A stretch of DNA of 64,000 nucleotides, taken from IMG/VR virus record IMGVR_UViG_3300048011_000525, positions 51,583 to 115,582 of that record; one strand, 5' to 3'. Shown here piece by piece: positions 38,901 to 47,408 of this stretch. How positions within the stretch are numbered: the first letter of the stretch is position 1; each line of letters starts with the position of its first letter. Under the pieces are notes generated by a model that searched no databases, was not told the DNA's origin, and saw nothing but the letters and a program-made list of their open reading frames with translations. The position numbers and the translations under genes were made by a program. Source of the DNA: a virus.

Positions 38901-39021
38901 TTTTAATACAAATATATGATTTACCACCAAAGCTCACTACATCATCTGCAACATATGTTGCGGCTGATGACCATTCGCCCTGCCATACAAACCTAATTCG
39001 TCCTAGTTTAAACTCTGCCAT
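26956..39021 (-). CDS. Giant virion structural/fibre protein (4021 aa)
   Basis: N-terminal W.G.W....Y...D.V.YGG repeats, CxRD helical repeats, beta-helix-like segment, propeller-like YG.G.FVA repeats, C-term GRVFYTSTDQDGNF.VG; TAAATA at 39049-54. Confidence 0.75.
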   Translation of the reverse strand: MAEFKLGRIRFVWQGEWSSAATYVADDVVSFGGKSYICIKNHTSSEAFNTDFSNEIPKWEVVSDGTKWRGLWEPEVEYAPGDVVKYGSLVYIAETGHTSATFEAPDFLGLEENLDNWTPFATSFDWKGDWTTDTRFKINDLVRYGGFVYLCTTAHISAATATLGLEANQGNWELFSDGLVYLGEWQTATRYKVNDVVKFGGNVFICVAPHTSDDFLTDETNWDVFIEGFQFEDSWNSSTVYQIGDTVTYGGYVYVAKTNNTAAQPTASPNDWEVFTTGFSFQGDWSSLDSYKVGDVVRLGGTTYVSVADSTDVTPPNDIYWSKLNSGINWTNSTQTFLQVQGTNVEGSGSGVRFDVTKSKTVYTVNVSTGFAGTGYAEDDTILVAGNSVGGTTPANDIVVTVTGVTGGAVDTVSHVGYSSTWTPATDYVVGDVVIYGASSFIATATHTSENANRPDNDLEADYWNLLTLGSEALALTTEGDMVYYGNQGPTRLPIGVDGQILRATDGKPDWANYGLVDNVVYVGPLGENEPAPRSGLSIDKPWRSVRYALEQVRDGYLNPQTKQILQNNKQFFKKEITSWLDYTYSVIVTETVAASRLFTTYDTSNLKDGMPIEFDGVDIFGGVVEGQTYYVDSIISSTTFRISETQGGISFIPTDATGVMTGKLSYNSAKCERDTGYIIDALYYDIGRGGTLRTTEAAKSYYTEAGNEYITDVFGYQRTQTIEAYEQLKSLVAKVLNNEKPVSYQSLMGIAIEERAAQFIDLTLVAEDSGKAKAGTLIDIVTVGLEAESNTAIALPQLPNTTIFIKTGTYNEILPIIIPEYTAIVGDELRTSVIQPQPAIPLLANDKDKTTSALNRIKDVSEQVIQNITIDATSGNTASQRYLNGYGGATESTQRLDMSIVKTLDILENGIEDVALVPDVGVTPTSGSNNASDSGFANAIAQIEANIDFIVAEQTAWIQAQVDGVIAPFAADFTFDTANCERDTRYILNALRYDLTYGGNFQTTVAARSYFVDGNPVYGTGKKEETLATYTHLKSIIGDVITETAITPTSGNGEAQDTAGSPGSAAAETFADDRIQEIFDTIDTDGTLPTPITPDTSWVSTSLVSITDDITTEKTTLQNSVIDFINTNYGKFVYNSSSCRRDAGILQTGAAYDVALETNYNSIRNGLAYRRSYAGEKVLEEQITETLGAITEQKSLVAALMSDPTAITRSNTYWDEVLDIVENNTPNAITWSGGSGDVDKTTARTELQTNRATIITDVITWINTNYPNFTYDQTLCERDTGYIIDAVSYDVQYGGNSASVEAAKAYFNGYIEVLPGAQRERTAAAIEQIAVIAATYMSGATEEAEVATLVQIISDVVNAGDTIALPTTVYPVITWVTAAIQTDAEATLDDTTVVPDLLQYITNNYTGFVYNHTKCSRDTGYIIDGLVYDMLFDSKFNGTKSGMAYRRAISSAEVVIDEQLEATLGAVDHLRREIRDITSGTDKLVSNSTTIKDIVVNNNVPGSYTITDPTGYDTGFFNARRLVVANKQFILDEAAAYLNTNHNAVWTALTLDEQNTWLDGIDELVDALRYDLTYRGNIESVVIARANYVDGVLVHPSNQKTARVDLATHLATIIDDIATGVSITPSAGNITSQDTAGTVGSAGAAAFAVDRLTEIKDTVDTGVLPAIINPSIAWVDTGLQEFKAVVDARRSLIQAGAIDYINKVHPALDYDETKCARDVGYMIDAIAYDVIFDSNFRSITAGKSYQRGITSTELVLANQLGATVDTIDYINESLTELTIGVDTTIGQANAANEAFKLVKDMTTVIQNGLNSVPPIKLPTPTGYNTDALIDTAYATTTNTTGDSSTYGNAADQLLANRDFIADELQQWLVDPANGYDDIWGGLSPNAQERCIRDAQFIVDAIRYDLTYGGNTQTNVAGAAYFSNFVLTIQNNELQATLASYARLREIIGEIVAETSVTTSPGVTETQDTSGTVGNAASIEFAQERVDDITYWLNNSTFETQTEVATEWQLTELTTAYERIKDRKDEIVDDVVFWVEKYHQDLEYNQATCRRDAGLIVDALARDIITGSNFATIKAGMAYYRAVPSALKTLRFEQSATVGAMNFLAEKVRRVALTAPNEAIKQLITDITSYIDGGSLPTPKWVDTNLEDTPDIVGASTIWENTAYIQEETVEYIAQTYPDLDYNEAKCRRDIKYVIDALRYDLTFGGESGMRRAVDYYYDATNNIQLGDNELEATLAAFDYIKFIAMGLAVNSVSSPGALQTKVEPTLRDESQLIGDSGTVTRVEDLMTLFYNSLGDGAFRKRIEVIEISSNVVTTAVNHGLTVGSELYFENGFSDVSAGTYYIKSVPAVNTFTVSAYFNGPELTLPESELGSFTEEWQFIPGPDYSNVTANLKQQFTNIQGSKSAIVEDVTDYIREKFPTLVYDQAKCERDVGLIIDAVGKDMLLDTNYLTTIAALSYYRGTQADVVIKEQRLVTVQAYRELKNYITTYVTGEGTTNAYGGRNDNTKAKVRINNLMDIVINVVKNGDKVTPEFQGTTTYFNDRETINAVDALKVNKDFLGEEATAWIKASYGGTVTDLGGSPGTLTFTSAHNLQLNDPIVFTGTVFGGIELATTYYVSNVVSATEIEVTDEVDGESINTFTGGTGTMTASYDFDETACKRDMSSYIDAMIYDLQYPGNYHSLRAARLYVNAVEGSEYSDMFYVRNATGARNMTFNGLRGNLSEKNEFGTRRPTGGAYVSLDPGFGPWDTEAWVTNKSCYVQNVSTFGTGCIGNKIDGSLHAGGNRSVVSNDFTQILSDGIGVWCSGNNSLTELVSVFAYYNYAGYIADFGGRIRATNGNSSYGTFGVIAEGTDLGEEPIVADADNLSQNALVYSVSTDGEEEVLAMEYSNAGTGYTNVQYAISGSGFNAATVGDEFRDQAVVEARIIDVDDGTTVGGEDFVIAQNVAQGGDPVHITLAATDFALGDAYNGMRVQITAGTGVGQYGKVLNFNNGTKNCTVYKPSFDNLFVTATSSINNVITVDDTTTLYVDMPIYFSEDVGGLSRGDSPSDVYYVNNIVSGGQFTVSTEVGGVTEVLTNDTTSATIYAAGFDNIIPGKPSEASLDLTTGYTVEPAIVYAKPGFTSSSVSTADAIDFGPGIFADGRFIALEGGAGASTNYSLDGENWTTGGALPASANWSDVAYGGGQGATARAVVGGLGGTGAVLEAELGELNSIGLPGPTQIARVNVVAGGTGYTTPPTIVFTSTLGGGGATAVATVKDGAIQNIIITSTGAGYAQAPTVAAATDKLTEVIVETRGSGYLNTPTVTISGGGASTQAQVIANLENEGVIAIRLDVDVDDNPLFGEGYTTTPTVEIVDTEAKWVAVANGSTTNAYLPTIDEANTNWTAGDVFSQSHYVGIAYGAGTFVTVGSVGGVDAAQTSTNGSNWTPRTMTTPASGTFSAVRYGAGKFVAINTDGYTAVSSNGILWEAGGNMPSAIGDWTSLAWGNGRFVAISDAGEYAISYDFGANWYSEGTTLNNISATGWTRVAYGQGLFVAVCDGASSCAISSDGLIWNEGDLSGTASWSTPIFGNPNNVPTWVALTSDANTTANKIKTGARAHGRCYADDGTLIATTLLEPGSGYPVGDIVSFTSPHTIELDSTDNMYVGQPITFEGADLETAALNSEILYYVSDVTGSTIEVSLLSGGPSYNIESIVTQDMVGSTFQAGPLVTITDPSSTVDANINPRIRNGVLGQPTFTNRGSGYTSATSELGGDGSADLYQPSTFIAVRNLFELPEPGSNVEFANIPEKYYKLVTISNVIGQEGSYTATFQISPGLDVLNAPKDGTVITTTNKYSQVRLTGHDFLYIGTGNKAKTNYPFVDITSAYIEAQQLSSGGGRVFYTSTDQDGNFNVGGLFGVQQSTGTATLDADAFNLAGLQSLQINGLGLGIGSAIITQFSTDPFFTENSDNIVPTQRAIRSYITAQIGGGQSSLNVNTLTAGTVFIAGDEITTTSGGQLNIKAKMNFTGGVDGAPVALGYFLSR

Positions 39022-39056
39022 TTTTGTTATAACTCCGTCTTGTTCATGTATTTATC

Positions 39057-42000
39057 TTATTGTTGTCCGCCGCGTGTAGGATCGACAAGCGTCTTAAAGA
39101 AATATGCCATTGCTAATCCATCTCCGGCCCATCCACTGTTACCAAATGGTCCATCAAAATTAGTAAGTGTTGGCATTTTAACTTGCCATCCTTCTCCGCC
39201 TTCTTGTACTGAAGATGTAATAATATCAGGTCCACCTACTTTAACAGTACCTGCTTGTAGCAAGCCTGTAAACGTATCTGCACCACCTTGTGACAATCTA
39301 CTTGCCAAATATGTTCTAATTGCTCTCTGTGTTGGAATCAAGTTGTTCGAGTTAGCAACGAACGTTCCGTCTGTTGAGAAAGCATTAATTGTTACCGGTG
39401 ATCCGCCAAGTGCAACACCGCCAATTGCTAGTTCTGTTAGCCCGTCTAGTCCAAATTCATCTGCACTCAATGTAACAATACCAGTTGCCTGTTCAACAGC
39501 AAACAAGTCACCAACTCTAAAGTTACCGTCTTGGTCTGTACTTGAATAGAACACACGCCCGTTGTTTGTTTCTTGAATTTCGTCTTGCGGTTCTAAGTTT
39601 GTATTTTCAGGTAAGTCGGGATAGTTAGACTGCTGTTCGTTACCAAAACCAATATTTAGGAAGTCATGGTTTGTTAGACGTACTTGGCTAAATTTACTAC
39701 GAATAGTAAATGGTGTATTGTGTGCCGGAGAGTCTGCTTGATCAACTTGCGGACTTAATTGAATTACTGCTTCTAAGTTTGGTATAGATGTGCCTCTTAG
39801 CGCAGTTGCAGTTGCAACACGGTATATTTCAGAATTACCTTCAAATTGTAAGTTGTCACCTGGTGCCGGAAAGCGTGTAATATCTTTTGCAATTATTCTT
39901 AGACCTTCTTGAAACTGATCTGAAAATCCGCTGCCTCGTAGTGCAATACCAGTAGATGTTGTGTTATACCCACTACCAAAATCTACAAAGCTAGGTGCAC
40001 CTAGTGTACCGTTGCCTATACGTAAATCTGTAACTGCTTCTTCTGAGTTGTTAGGATCAATAATTTTAATTGTTGGACCAAAGCTGTCATCAGTATAACC
40101 TGATCCAGGTTCAAACATATTAATATCTGTTAGTGACTGACTTGTTACGCTTGCAAATGCTTGTGCCCTAGCACCTGCTGAAATTTTATTTGCTATCTGT
40201 CCTGTGCTATCCATTGTTAAGAACCAGCCCTGTTTAGTGTCTGCATTGAACGTGAATCCAATTACACTATACAAAGACTGGTTAATTATAGGCTGTACAT
40301 CCCACTGTAAACCGTCAAAGGATGTGCAACAAATTCCAGACTCGTTGTTAATAACAACAAATACGCCTTGTCCGTATTCTAATACAGTTCCTTTTACATT
40401 TGTAGTTGACTCATACCAAGTTACACCGTCGAAACTGTATGCTGCTGTCCTGTCGTCTGTCGAGACTGCAACAAAACGTCCGTTACCGTACTTAATCGAG
40501 CGCCAGTTGTTAACTGTAGAATCTTGTGCAGTATCTAAGCTGCCCACTGTCCAGTTATCAAGCGCATCGCCAGGGCCGTTTGATAACACTTCGTGGCTTG
40601 ATCCGTTAATGATAACAAAAGTACCTTTACCGTATGCAATATCAACTTGATCGTTATCTGATACAATAGAGTTAAAAGATGTAATACTAGTCCAAGTTGC
40701 ACAATTGTCTGTAGAATAGTAAGCTTCTCCGGCGCCCCTTGTGATTGCTATAAATATGCCGTTGCCGTATTGTACTTTTTGATAAGTTCCTTGCGACAAT
40801 GTTGGCAAATCAACACTTAGCCAAGTTAATCCATTTGATACTGAATATAAACAATTTTTTCCAGTCTCTGAAAGTATAAACCAGCATCCGTTACCGTATG
40901 TTCCGTCTATCCAACCATTGTTTTCATTCGGATTGTCAACATCAATTGCTTGACCATATTGAGGAAGTGTAATTTTAGTATCCCATGCTGTATAGTCACT
41001 AGTTGTATACACTTCATTTCCATATCTTGGAATAACTATCGGAAAAAATCCATTTGAAATTATAGTTTGCGGAACTAAGTCTTCATTTACAAATCCTGTC
41101 ATCCCTTCTTGATAAAATGGAGGTGTGTCAAATTCTATTCTTGGTGAAACTTCATAAACTGATGTTGAGTCAAATGCACTAGTTGGTGGCGTCCCAGGAT
41201 TAATATGATCCCATCCTACTGCATTAATTTGCATTGACCCTGTTTCATCATCTAATGCAAATTCAACAACGCCGCCGTCAGTGTCTGTTAGTGTTAACTC
41301 AAAAGTTGAACCAAGATCGGTTGCTTGGAGTACATAGTAATTTGTACCTGATTGCACGCCGCCAAATATTTCAGTAAAGAAGGAAGCCTCCATTAAATCT
41401 CGTCCTGCTTCAAGTTCTTCTTTTCCGCCTGGCAAAGTACCTACAACTGAACCATTTTCAGTTGTAAGAATAACTTCGTCTAGTACTGTTCTTACAATTA
41501 CTTCACCTGTTGCTGTAGTTAGCGGTACTGCTGCGCCGCCTTCTGTAGCGGAAATTGTAAACGAGGTAGCATCGTTAATAACTTGAATAAAATAAACTGT
41601 ATCGTTTGCAATTTCGCCAAACGTAATACCAGTAAACATAATCGGACTGCCAACAGTAAATCCAGCAGTACTATCAACTGTAATTAGGTTTGTAATTGCT
41701 TCAGTAGCAGTCGAAGTTCTTGTAATTACATCACTTGCTATACTAAACTTAGTACCGTCAATGATGTCGTTAACATAATATCTTGTTTTTTCTTGTATGC
41801 CACCAAGTGTGCCTGACTTAAAAATAATTGCATCAAGTGGTGTTAGTACAGAAGTATCTGAAGTTAGTAAAGAATTGTCTGATGCACTAGTGTCTGTCAC
41901 TGTTATATTTCGAAGTGCTGTTGAAACTGAGAATTTATTATTTTCATAAACATCGTGAATGTAATAAGTATCGCCTAATTCAATTCCTCCAATACTTCTG

Positions 42001-45000
42001 CCAGTAAATTGAATTGGCAGTGTAACTTGCATATTATCAGTTGAACTTGCTTCTAAGAAACTAGTACCGTCTGGATAGTTTAGTGTAAACTGTTCAAACC
42101 CTTGGAATTCGTCAACTGCATCTTCAACGTTAACATTAATTAATGGCCATACAGCGCCACCAAATACTGTTGAAATTTGTATGCTAGTATCGTCAATTAC
42201 ATCGATAATATAATAATCAAAGTTAGTAATAACTCCACCGAAAACCGGGCCACTAAAGTTAATTTTTTGTCCTACACGAAGTCTTTCAGTACTTTCAACA
42301 ATCATGCGATTGTTTTGATCACCAAGAGTACCAACAACTGCTACTTGACTTTGTGAACTTGATAGAACATCAATATCGTAAACTGTTGGAGTAAATGTAA
42401 TAACTTGATTTTGATAAAGTCTATGAAAATCTGCTCCGGATCCTAATGTTAATACATTATCAACAGCCCTAGCTGCAACAACTTCTTGTTGCCCAAATGA
42501 TTCTTTGGTTATATTAGCAAATTTAGTTATTGGATCATAGCTAGAAATAATACCGTATTGTCCAGCGCCTTTACCGGACGATACGCTTAAACGCATACCT
42601 TCGTATTCTGCTGCTGTTGAAACTTCTGACTGCGCTAGTACTAGATATTCGGTGTTTCCGCCCTGTGCATTGTTTGATTGAAAGTTATAACCTAAGCCGC
42701 CTTTTCTAATAATATTACTTTCTAACAATCTAGTTTGATATATAGATCCAGAACGTAACTCATCTGCAACTATTCTTGCATCTTGACCAGCACCTTGTAC
42801 ATTTATATTTGCATAAGATGTAGGCATATCGGCAAATGTTTCTAAGAAGAAATTCATAGTGTCACCAATTTCAATCTGTGTTCCGTAAAAGTTAGTATAT
42901 CCTGTAATACCGTCGACGCCTCGAGGATACAATCTAAATTGTAAATTTGTATTTTGTGCAGTTTCGTCATATACTGTATACTGTATTCTCCACCAACCAT
43001 CTGATAGGAAATTAGCTTTGATATTAGTTGGAGTTGTTTCGCTGTCAGTTAACACTTGAGTCGATACATCCTGTGATTCAAAGTTAAATCTTACATAGGA
43101 AGTCCTAGTTTCAAACCCACTAAAAATATTATAAAAATCTACATAGTTTGTGTCACCTTGTTTTACGTGTACACTAACTGTATACGGTAATGCACTTCCA
43201 GTTGGCACTGTTCCTACACTATCAAATGACTGAATTGCTGTAATACTCAATTCTTGTACTGTAATTACAATATCATTTACGTCATCTCTGCCGCCAAAGT
43301 TTGTACCTGCAAGAGTAATCTGGTTACCAACAACGTAGCCGCTGCCACTGTTGTTTAATGTAACTTCATAAAACTCACTAGTTACTGTAACATCAAATGT
43401 TGCGTCTATACCAGAACCTGAAATGTTTGTACCTGCAATATTAGTATATGTTCTACCTTGCGGAGATATAGTAACATCTTGATAAACGTATGCGCTATCT
43501 GACAGTGAAGTGTTTGCTGTTATTTTCCAGGCAAATTCACCATCGTACGGTGTTGTGTTTGCTCTAACAATTGAAATATTACCGTCTGTTTGCCAATATT
43601 CGTCTGGTAAATTATTACTTAATAAGCTATTTGAATGTTTTAATAAATTAGTTGTAGAAGTAAAATAATCTTCGCCAGCGTGTTTATATTCTAATTTTAG
43701 TACTTCTGAGTTAGCACCTAGTGCAGATACTGGCAGTGCAATAGCATCGTTGTCTCTGTTGTTAACTGTGCCTGTTGCAGGTACTTCTGCAACGTCAAAT
43801 CCTTCAGCAACACAACCAAATGTACCATATGAACTGTTACCGTTTGTAGCACGAATACGTCCACCGTCTTCCGCAAAATATCCTGCATAGTTATAGTATG
43901 AAAACACAGAAACACACTCTGTTAATGAGTCGCCACCTGTACACCAAATTCCAATACCGTCTGATATAATTTGTGTAAAGTCATTTGAAACCATTGAGCG
44001 GTTGCCACCGTTATGTAGCGTACTATCAATTTTACATCCAGTACATCCTTTGCCAAAGTTAGTAACATTTTGGATATAAGGAGAACGTGCTGTAATCCAT
44101 ACACTAGTATCATCCGGTCCGGTGCCTGGATCAAAACCTACATATGCGCCGCCAGTTGGTCGTCTTGTTAAAAATTCGTTTTCTACAGACAATGTTCCTA
44201 ATAATCCTTTAAGTGTCATATTACGGACACCGCAGTCATTAGTTACTTGAATCATATCTCCAAGTGCTTCGCCGCCATATACATACATTGCTCCAATGTT
44301 AGTTGTTATTTCGACTTGATCACCGTCGGGTTCTTCTGACACACTAAATCTGTCAGATTCAATTGAACTACCAATTACATAATAAGTTTTACCAGGAATT
44401 ACATCGCCAATAACTGTACTAATTTCTTCAACTGGATTTAGTGATACAAACTGTACAGGAGTATTATGCTCCATATTAATTGTTGAACCAACAATGAATT
44501 GATTAATAAATCCAAACGTTCTTGTACATAATGTATTAACAGGTGCTGCTGGCTGTACAGTTGTGCCACGCAACTCGTCGCCGTTTAATGCTGTATTAGG
44601 TGGCATCTTAATAGGCAGGCGCTCATTATAAGTGCCTGATTTAATATTAATTGTTGAGTATGTGCCTTGGTTTTCTGGCGGGATGCTCTTAGGAGATCCG
44701 TCTAAGAATGGCTGTACTAATATTTTTTCTAATGCTCCTACAAAAGTAAGTGCATCGTCTTCGAGTACTAATCCATTATTAAAATACTGTGGTATTGGAT
44801 TTTGAACATTTTCTAACACTCGATAATCTTGTGCTGGTGCAGTGTTTGTAAGTGCTAATTCAATATTATTAAATAACTCTACAAAGAATTCTGCAAAAAA
44901 TTCTGCTTGTTCTGCAACAGTGTCATTTGTAAATCTATTTGTACTTTCGGTATTAAAGTATGATAGTGCTGCTCTAACAGTTTGTGCATTGCCGCCGCGT

Positions 45001-46919
45001 TTTAGATCGCGAATTACACCGTCAATAACAAGTTGTGCATCTCGAATTGTTTTATCATTATCAAAATTATAAGAACTATCAAACGGTTCGATGTTTTGAT
45101 TTTGTTGATATAAAAACCAATTGTATGTTTGTTCAACAATCCAATCTTTATTGTTTTCAAGTAATACTTTTGCATTTTGACGCAATGTGCCTAGTTTAAC
45201 TCTCTCACAAGCATATTTAATTGTTTTCCAAGCAGTATCCGGTGTAGTACCGTTAGTTGATAAATCTTCGCCATTTGTTGCAACATAATACACGTTCGGA
45301 GTAAAGTCAATGTCGCTCCAGGTTGGAAGTCCATTAACAACTTTAAGTACGTTACCGTTACTGCCAGTTTCTAATGGTGAATTGTTTTCTCCGTCGAAAA
45401 CAATTGTTTGTCCGAAATCAGTTAGACTATTTCTTTGATCGTGTTGTAAATATATTACCCAATATGTATTTTGTAAATCGTTATCTGGTCTAGATACTAA
45501 AGACGAAGTGTGTTCTAGTACACATTTATACGTTGCATTTTTCCAATAAGTTATATCATCGAGATTGTAAAGAGTGCTTTCACTCCATTTACCTTCCCAA
45601 TTAAATCCTGGAATTAATAGTTCCCAAATGCCTGCTTTTGCACCTGAAAAAGTTAATACTGCTTCGTCTGATATAGGTCCGTCTGGTGCTTCGTTAAGGA
45701 TAACTGTAGCGTACATAGACGCATTTGATGAGTCGTCGTCATAGCTTACTTCTCTAACTGTTTGTCCTCTACCAAAACCTTCGCCAGTAACAGTCATACC
45801 AACAGTAATTAAGTCTGATGCAACTGAGTCTGCTAAGTTAACTTGAATGCGTGTGCCAGCGGAGTTTTCTGCTTCGTAAGGTGCTTGTACTGTAAAATTG
45901 CCCGGATTTTCATTTATACTATCAACTAGTGCAACATATAAGTCGCCTCCGTGTCTAACTACATTACCAACTTTGTACTCGCTATTAGAAGACCATTGTC
46001 CTGAAATTTCATATGCTTCTGTAATTAATTCCCAAGCATCGGTTGAATCATCACCAAAAGTTGTACTTGGTGTGTTGCCAATATTGTTAATAATTTTAGA
46101 CTGGAATAAGTATCCGCCATATTGTACAACGTCACCTGGTTGATAAATTGCATTTAAATCATAAACTCCGTCAAAGTCTAAACCAGGAAGCCATTCTTCC
46201 CAATATGCTGATATAAAAGTTTCATAAAGTTCAGTTGAGTCAGCAAAGTCAACAAATTCTGCACTCGGAGCATGTCCCCAAATACATCTATATAGGCTTG
46301 GACCGTATTTTACAATATCATTTAGTTTATACCTTACTTGCGAACTATCTTGATTTGACGTTACATATTCGCCTTTCCAAGATACACCGTACTGCAACAG
46401 TTTCCAGTATTTCTCTGTACTATCTTCTACATCAGTATAATCTACTTCTAAACCTTCTAAATCTGTTGCTGCTGATACATGTGATACAATACATTCGTAA
46501 ACTGAGCCGCCGTAGTTTACAATATCACCTACACCATATGTAGTACTTGATGTCCATTCGCTTGCCCAAGTTTTAGACTCCGCATAAACGTCCCACTTGT
46601 CAATATCTAAATCAAGCACTGCTCCACTTAAATGCTGTTCGTTACATTTGTAAACAATACCACCAAAAATTACAATGTTATCTAGCGCATACTGAGTTAA
46701 TGGTTCCCATGGACCTTTCCAGGTCTGCCCAGTCATCATCAATTCCCACTTAGGTTCAGCTGCTCCTATGTCGTTGTAAAACTCATTTGATGTGTGCGGA
46801 ATCAAGCAAACATATGCTTTACCGTTAAACTGAACAATTTCATCTTTGTTGAAAAAGGTTTGGTCTCTCCATGGGCCTGCCCAACTAAAGCGTAATCTAC
46901 TAATTTTAAATTCTGACAT
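39057..46919 (-). CDS. Giant virion structural/fibre protein (2620 aa), paralog of the 4021-aa protein
   Basis: MSEFKISRLRF vs MAEFKLGRIRF; shared SNDFTQI.SDGIG.WC, GGRIRATNGNSSYGTFG, SQVRLT.HDFL.IG; TAAATA at 46946-51. Confidence 0.75.
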   Translation of the reverse strand: MSEFKISRLRFSWAGPWRDQTFFNKDEIVQFNGKAYVCLIPHTSNEFYNDIGAAEPKWELMMTGQTWKGPWEPLTQYALDNIVIFGGIVYKCNEQHLSGAVLDLDIDKWDVYAESKTWASEWTSSTTYGVGDIVNYGGSVYECIVSHVSAATDLEGLEVDYTDVEDSTEKYWKLLQYGVSWKGEYVTSNQDSSQVRYKLNDIVKYGPSLYRCIWGHAPSAEFVDFADSTELYETFISAYWEEWLPGLDFDGVYDLNAIYQPGDVVQYGGYLFQSKIINNIGNTPSTTFGDDSTDAWELITEAYEISGQWSSNSEYKVGNVVRHGGDLYVALVDSINENPGNFTVQAPYEAENSAGTRIQVNLADSVASDLITVGMTVTGEGFGRGQTVREVSYDDDSSNASMYATVILNEAPDGPISDEAVLTFSGAKAGIWELLIPGFNWEGKWSESTLYNLDDITYWKNATYKCVLEHTSSLVSRPDNDLQNTYWVIYLQHDQRNSLTDFGQTIVFDGENNSPLETGSNGNVLKVVNGLPTWSDIDFTPNVYYVATNGEDLSTNGTTPDTAWKTIKYACERVKLGTLRQNAKVLLENNKDWIVEQTYNWFLYQQNQNIEPFDSSYNFDNDKTIRDAQLVIDGVIRDLKRGGNAQTVRAALSYFNTESTNRFTNDTVAEQAEFFAEFFVELFNNIELALTNTAPAQDYRVLENVQNPIPQYFNNGLVLEDDALTFVGALEKILVQPFLDGSPKSIPPENQGTYSTINIKSGTYNERLPIKMPPNTALNGDELRGTTVQPAAPVNTLCTRTFGFINQFIVGSTINMEHNTPVQFVSLNPVEEISTVIGDVIPGKTYYVIGSSIESDRFSVSEEPDGDQVEITTNIGAMYVYGGEALGDMIQVTNDCGVRNMTLKGLLGTLSVENEFLTRRPTGGAYVGFDPGTGPDDTSVWITARSPYIQNVTNFGKGCTGCKIDSTLHNGGNRSMVSNDFTQIISDGIGIWCTGGDSLTECVSVFSYYNYAGYFAEDGGRIRATNGNSSYGTFGCVAEGFDVAEVPATGTVNNRDNDAIALPVSALGANSEVLKLEYKHAGEDYFTSTTNLLKHSNSLLSNNLPDEYWQTDGNISIVRANTTPYDGEFAWKITANTSLSDSAYVYQDVTISPQGRTYTNIAGTNISGSGIDATFDVTVTSEFYEVTLNNSGSGYVVGNQITLAGTNFGGRDDVNDIVITVQELSITAIQSFDSVGTVPTGSALPYTVSVHVKQGDTNYVDFYNIFSGFETRTSYVRFNFESQDVSTQVLTDSETTPTNIKANFLSDGWWRIQYTVYDETAQNTNLQFRLYPRGVDGITGYTNFYGTQIEIGDTMNFFLETFADMPTSYANINVQGAGQDARIVADELRSGSIYQTRLLESNIIRKGGLGYNFQSNNAQGGNTEYLVLAQSEVSTAAEYEGMRLSVSSGKGAGQYGIISSYDPITKFANITKESFGQQEVVAARAVDNVLTLGSGADFHRLYQNQVITFTPTVYDIDVLSSSQSQVAVVGTLGDQNNRMIVESTERLRVGQKINFSGPVFGGVITNFDYYIIDVIDDTSIQISTVFGGAVWPLINVNVEDAVDEFQGFEQFTLNYPDGTSFLEASSTDNMQVTLPIQFTGRSIGGIELGDTYYIHDVYENNKFSVSTALRNITVTDTSASDNSLLTSDTSVLTPLDAIIFKSGTLGGIQEKTRYYVNDIIDGTKFSIASDVITRTSTATEAITNLITVDSTAGFTVGSPIMFTGITFGEIANDTVYFIQVINDATSFTISATEGGAAVPLTTATGEVIVRTVLDEVILTTENGSVVGTLPGGKEELEAGRDLMEASFFTEIFGGVQSGTNYYVLQATDLGSTFELTLTDTDGGVVEFALDDETGSMQINAVGWDHINPGTPPTSAFDSTSVYEVSPRIEFDTPPFYQEGMTGFVNEDLVPQTIISNGFFPIVIPRYGNEVYTTSDYTAWDTKITLPQYGQAIDVDNPNENNGWIDGTYGNGCWFILSETGKNCLYSVSNGLTWLSVDLPTLSQGTYQKVQYGNGIFIAITRGAGEAYYSTDNCATWTSITSFNSIVSDNDQVDIAYGKGTFVIINGSSHEVLSNGPGDALDNWTVGSLDTAQDSTVNNWRSIKYGNGRFVAVSTDDRTAAYSFDGVTWYESTTNVKGTVLEYGQGVFVVINNESGICCTSFDGLQWDVQPIINQSLYSVIGFTFNADTKQGWFLTMDSTGQIANKISAGARAQAFASVTSQSLTDINMFEPGSGYTDDSFGPTIKIIDPNNSEEAVTDLRIGNGTLGAPSFVDFGSGYNTTSTGIALRGSGFSDQFQEGLRIIAKDITRFPAPGDNLQFEGNSEIYRVATATALRGTSIPNLEAVIQLSPQVDQADSPAHNTPFTIRSKFSQVRLTNHDFLNIGFGNEQQSNYPDLPENTNLEPQDEIQETNNGRVFYSSTDQDGNFRVGDLFAVEQATGIVTLSADEFGLDGLTELAIGGVALGGSPVTINAFSTDGTFVANSNNLIPTQRAIRTYLASRLSQGGADTFTGLLQAGTVKVGGPDIITSSVQEGGEGWQVKMPTLTNFDGPFGNSGWAGDGLAMAYFFKTLVDPTRGGQQ

Positions 46920-46953
46920 CTATGCGGTTCCTTAATTATCTAACGTATTTATT

Positions 46954-47397
46954 TTAATAGCCGCCGCCATTAATATTTCCGTTGTTAACATCTGCTTGTG
47001 TTTCTCCTGTTTTCGAATTTACAACTATTTGTGTAGGATCGTAAGTAAGAGATTGATTAATTCTAACTACAAGTTCGCCTTCTTCGTTAACATAGTAATA
47101 CATGTTTTTATTATCCCAACGATATTGGTCCCATTGTAAGTTTGTAAATGGACGACTATGGTCTTCTTCTAAACGGCCGTCAAAAAAGTTAACGCCGTAT
47201 TCAAATTCAGTAAAGTCATCTGCTGAGGAGCCTGGATTGTTTACTGTGATTGCATCAACGTCTTTTAACTGATCAATTTTTGCAAAAAATAATGTACCTT
47301 CGTCAGTTCTTCTTAATGCATAGAAATATCTAGGCTGTCCTGTGCCTAAAAGTTCGTTAATGCTAGGTGTTTGTCCTACGTAGTGTGTTGATGCCAT
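46954..47397 (-). CDS. Hypothetical protein, probably structural
   Basis: 147 aa, AGGAG SD, inside the structural operon. Confidence 0.6.
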   Translation of the reverse strand: MASTHYVGQTPSINELLGTGQPRYFYALRRTDEGTLFFAKIDQLKDVDAITVNNPGSSADDFTEFEYGVNFFDGRLEEDHSRPFTNLQWDQYRWDNKNMYYYVNEEGELVVRINQSLTYDPTQIVVNSKTGETQADVNNGNINGGGY

Positions 47398-47408
47398 CTT
47401 ATATCTCC

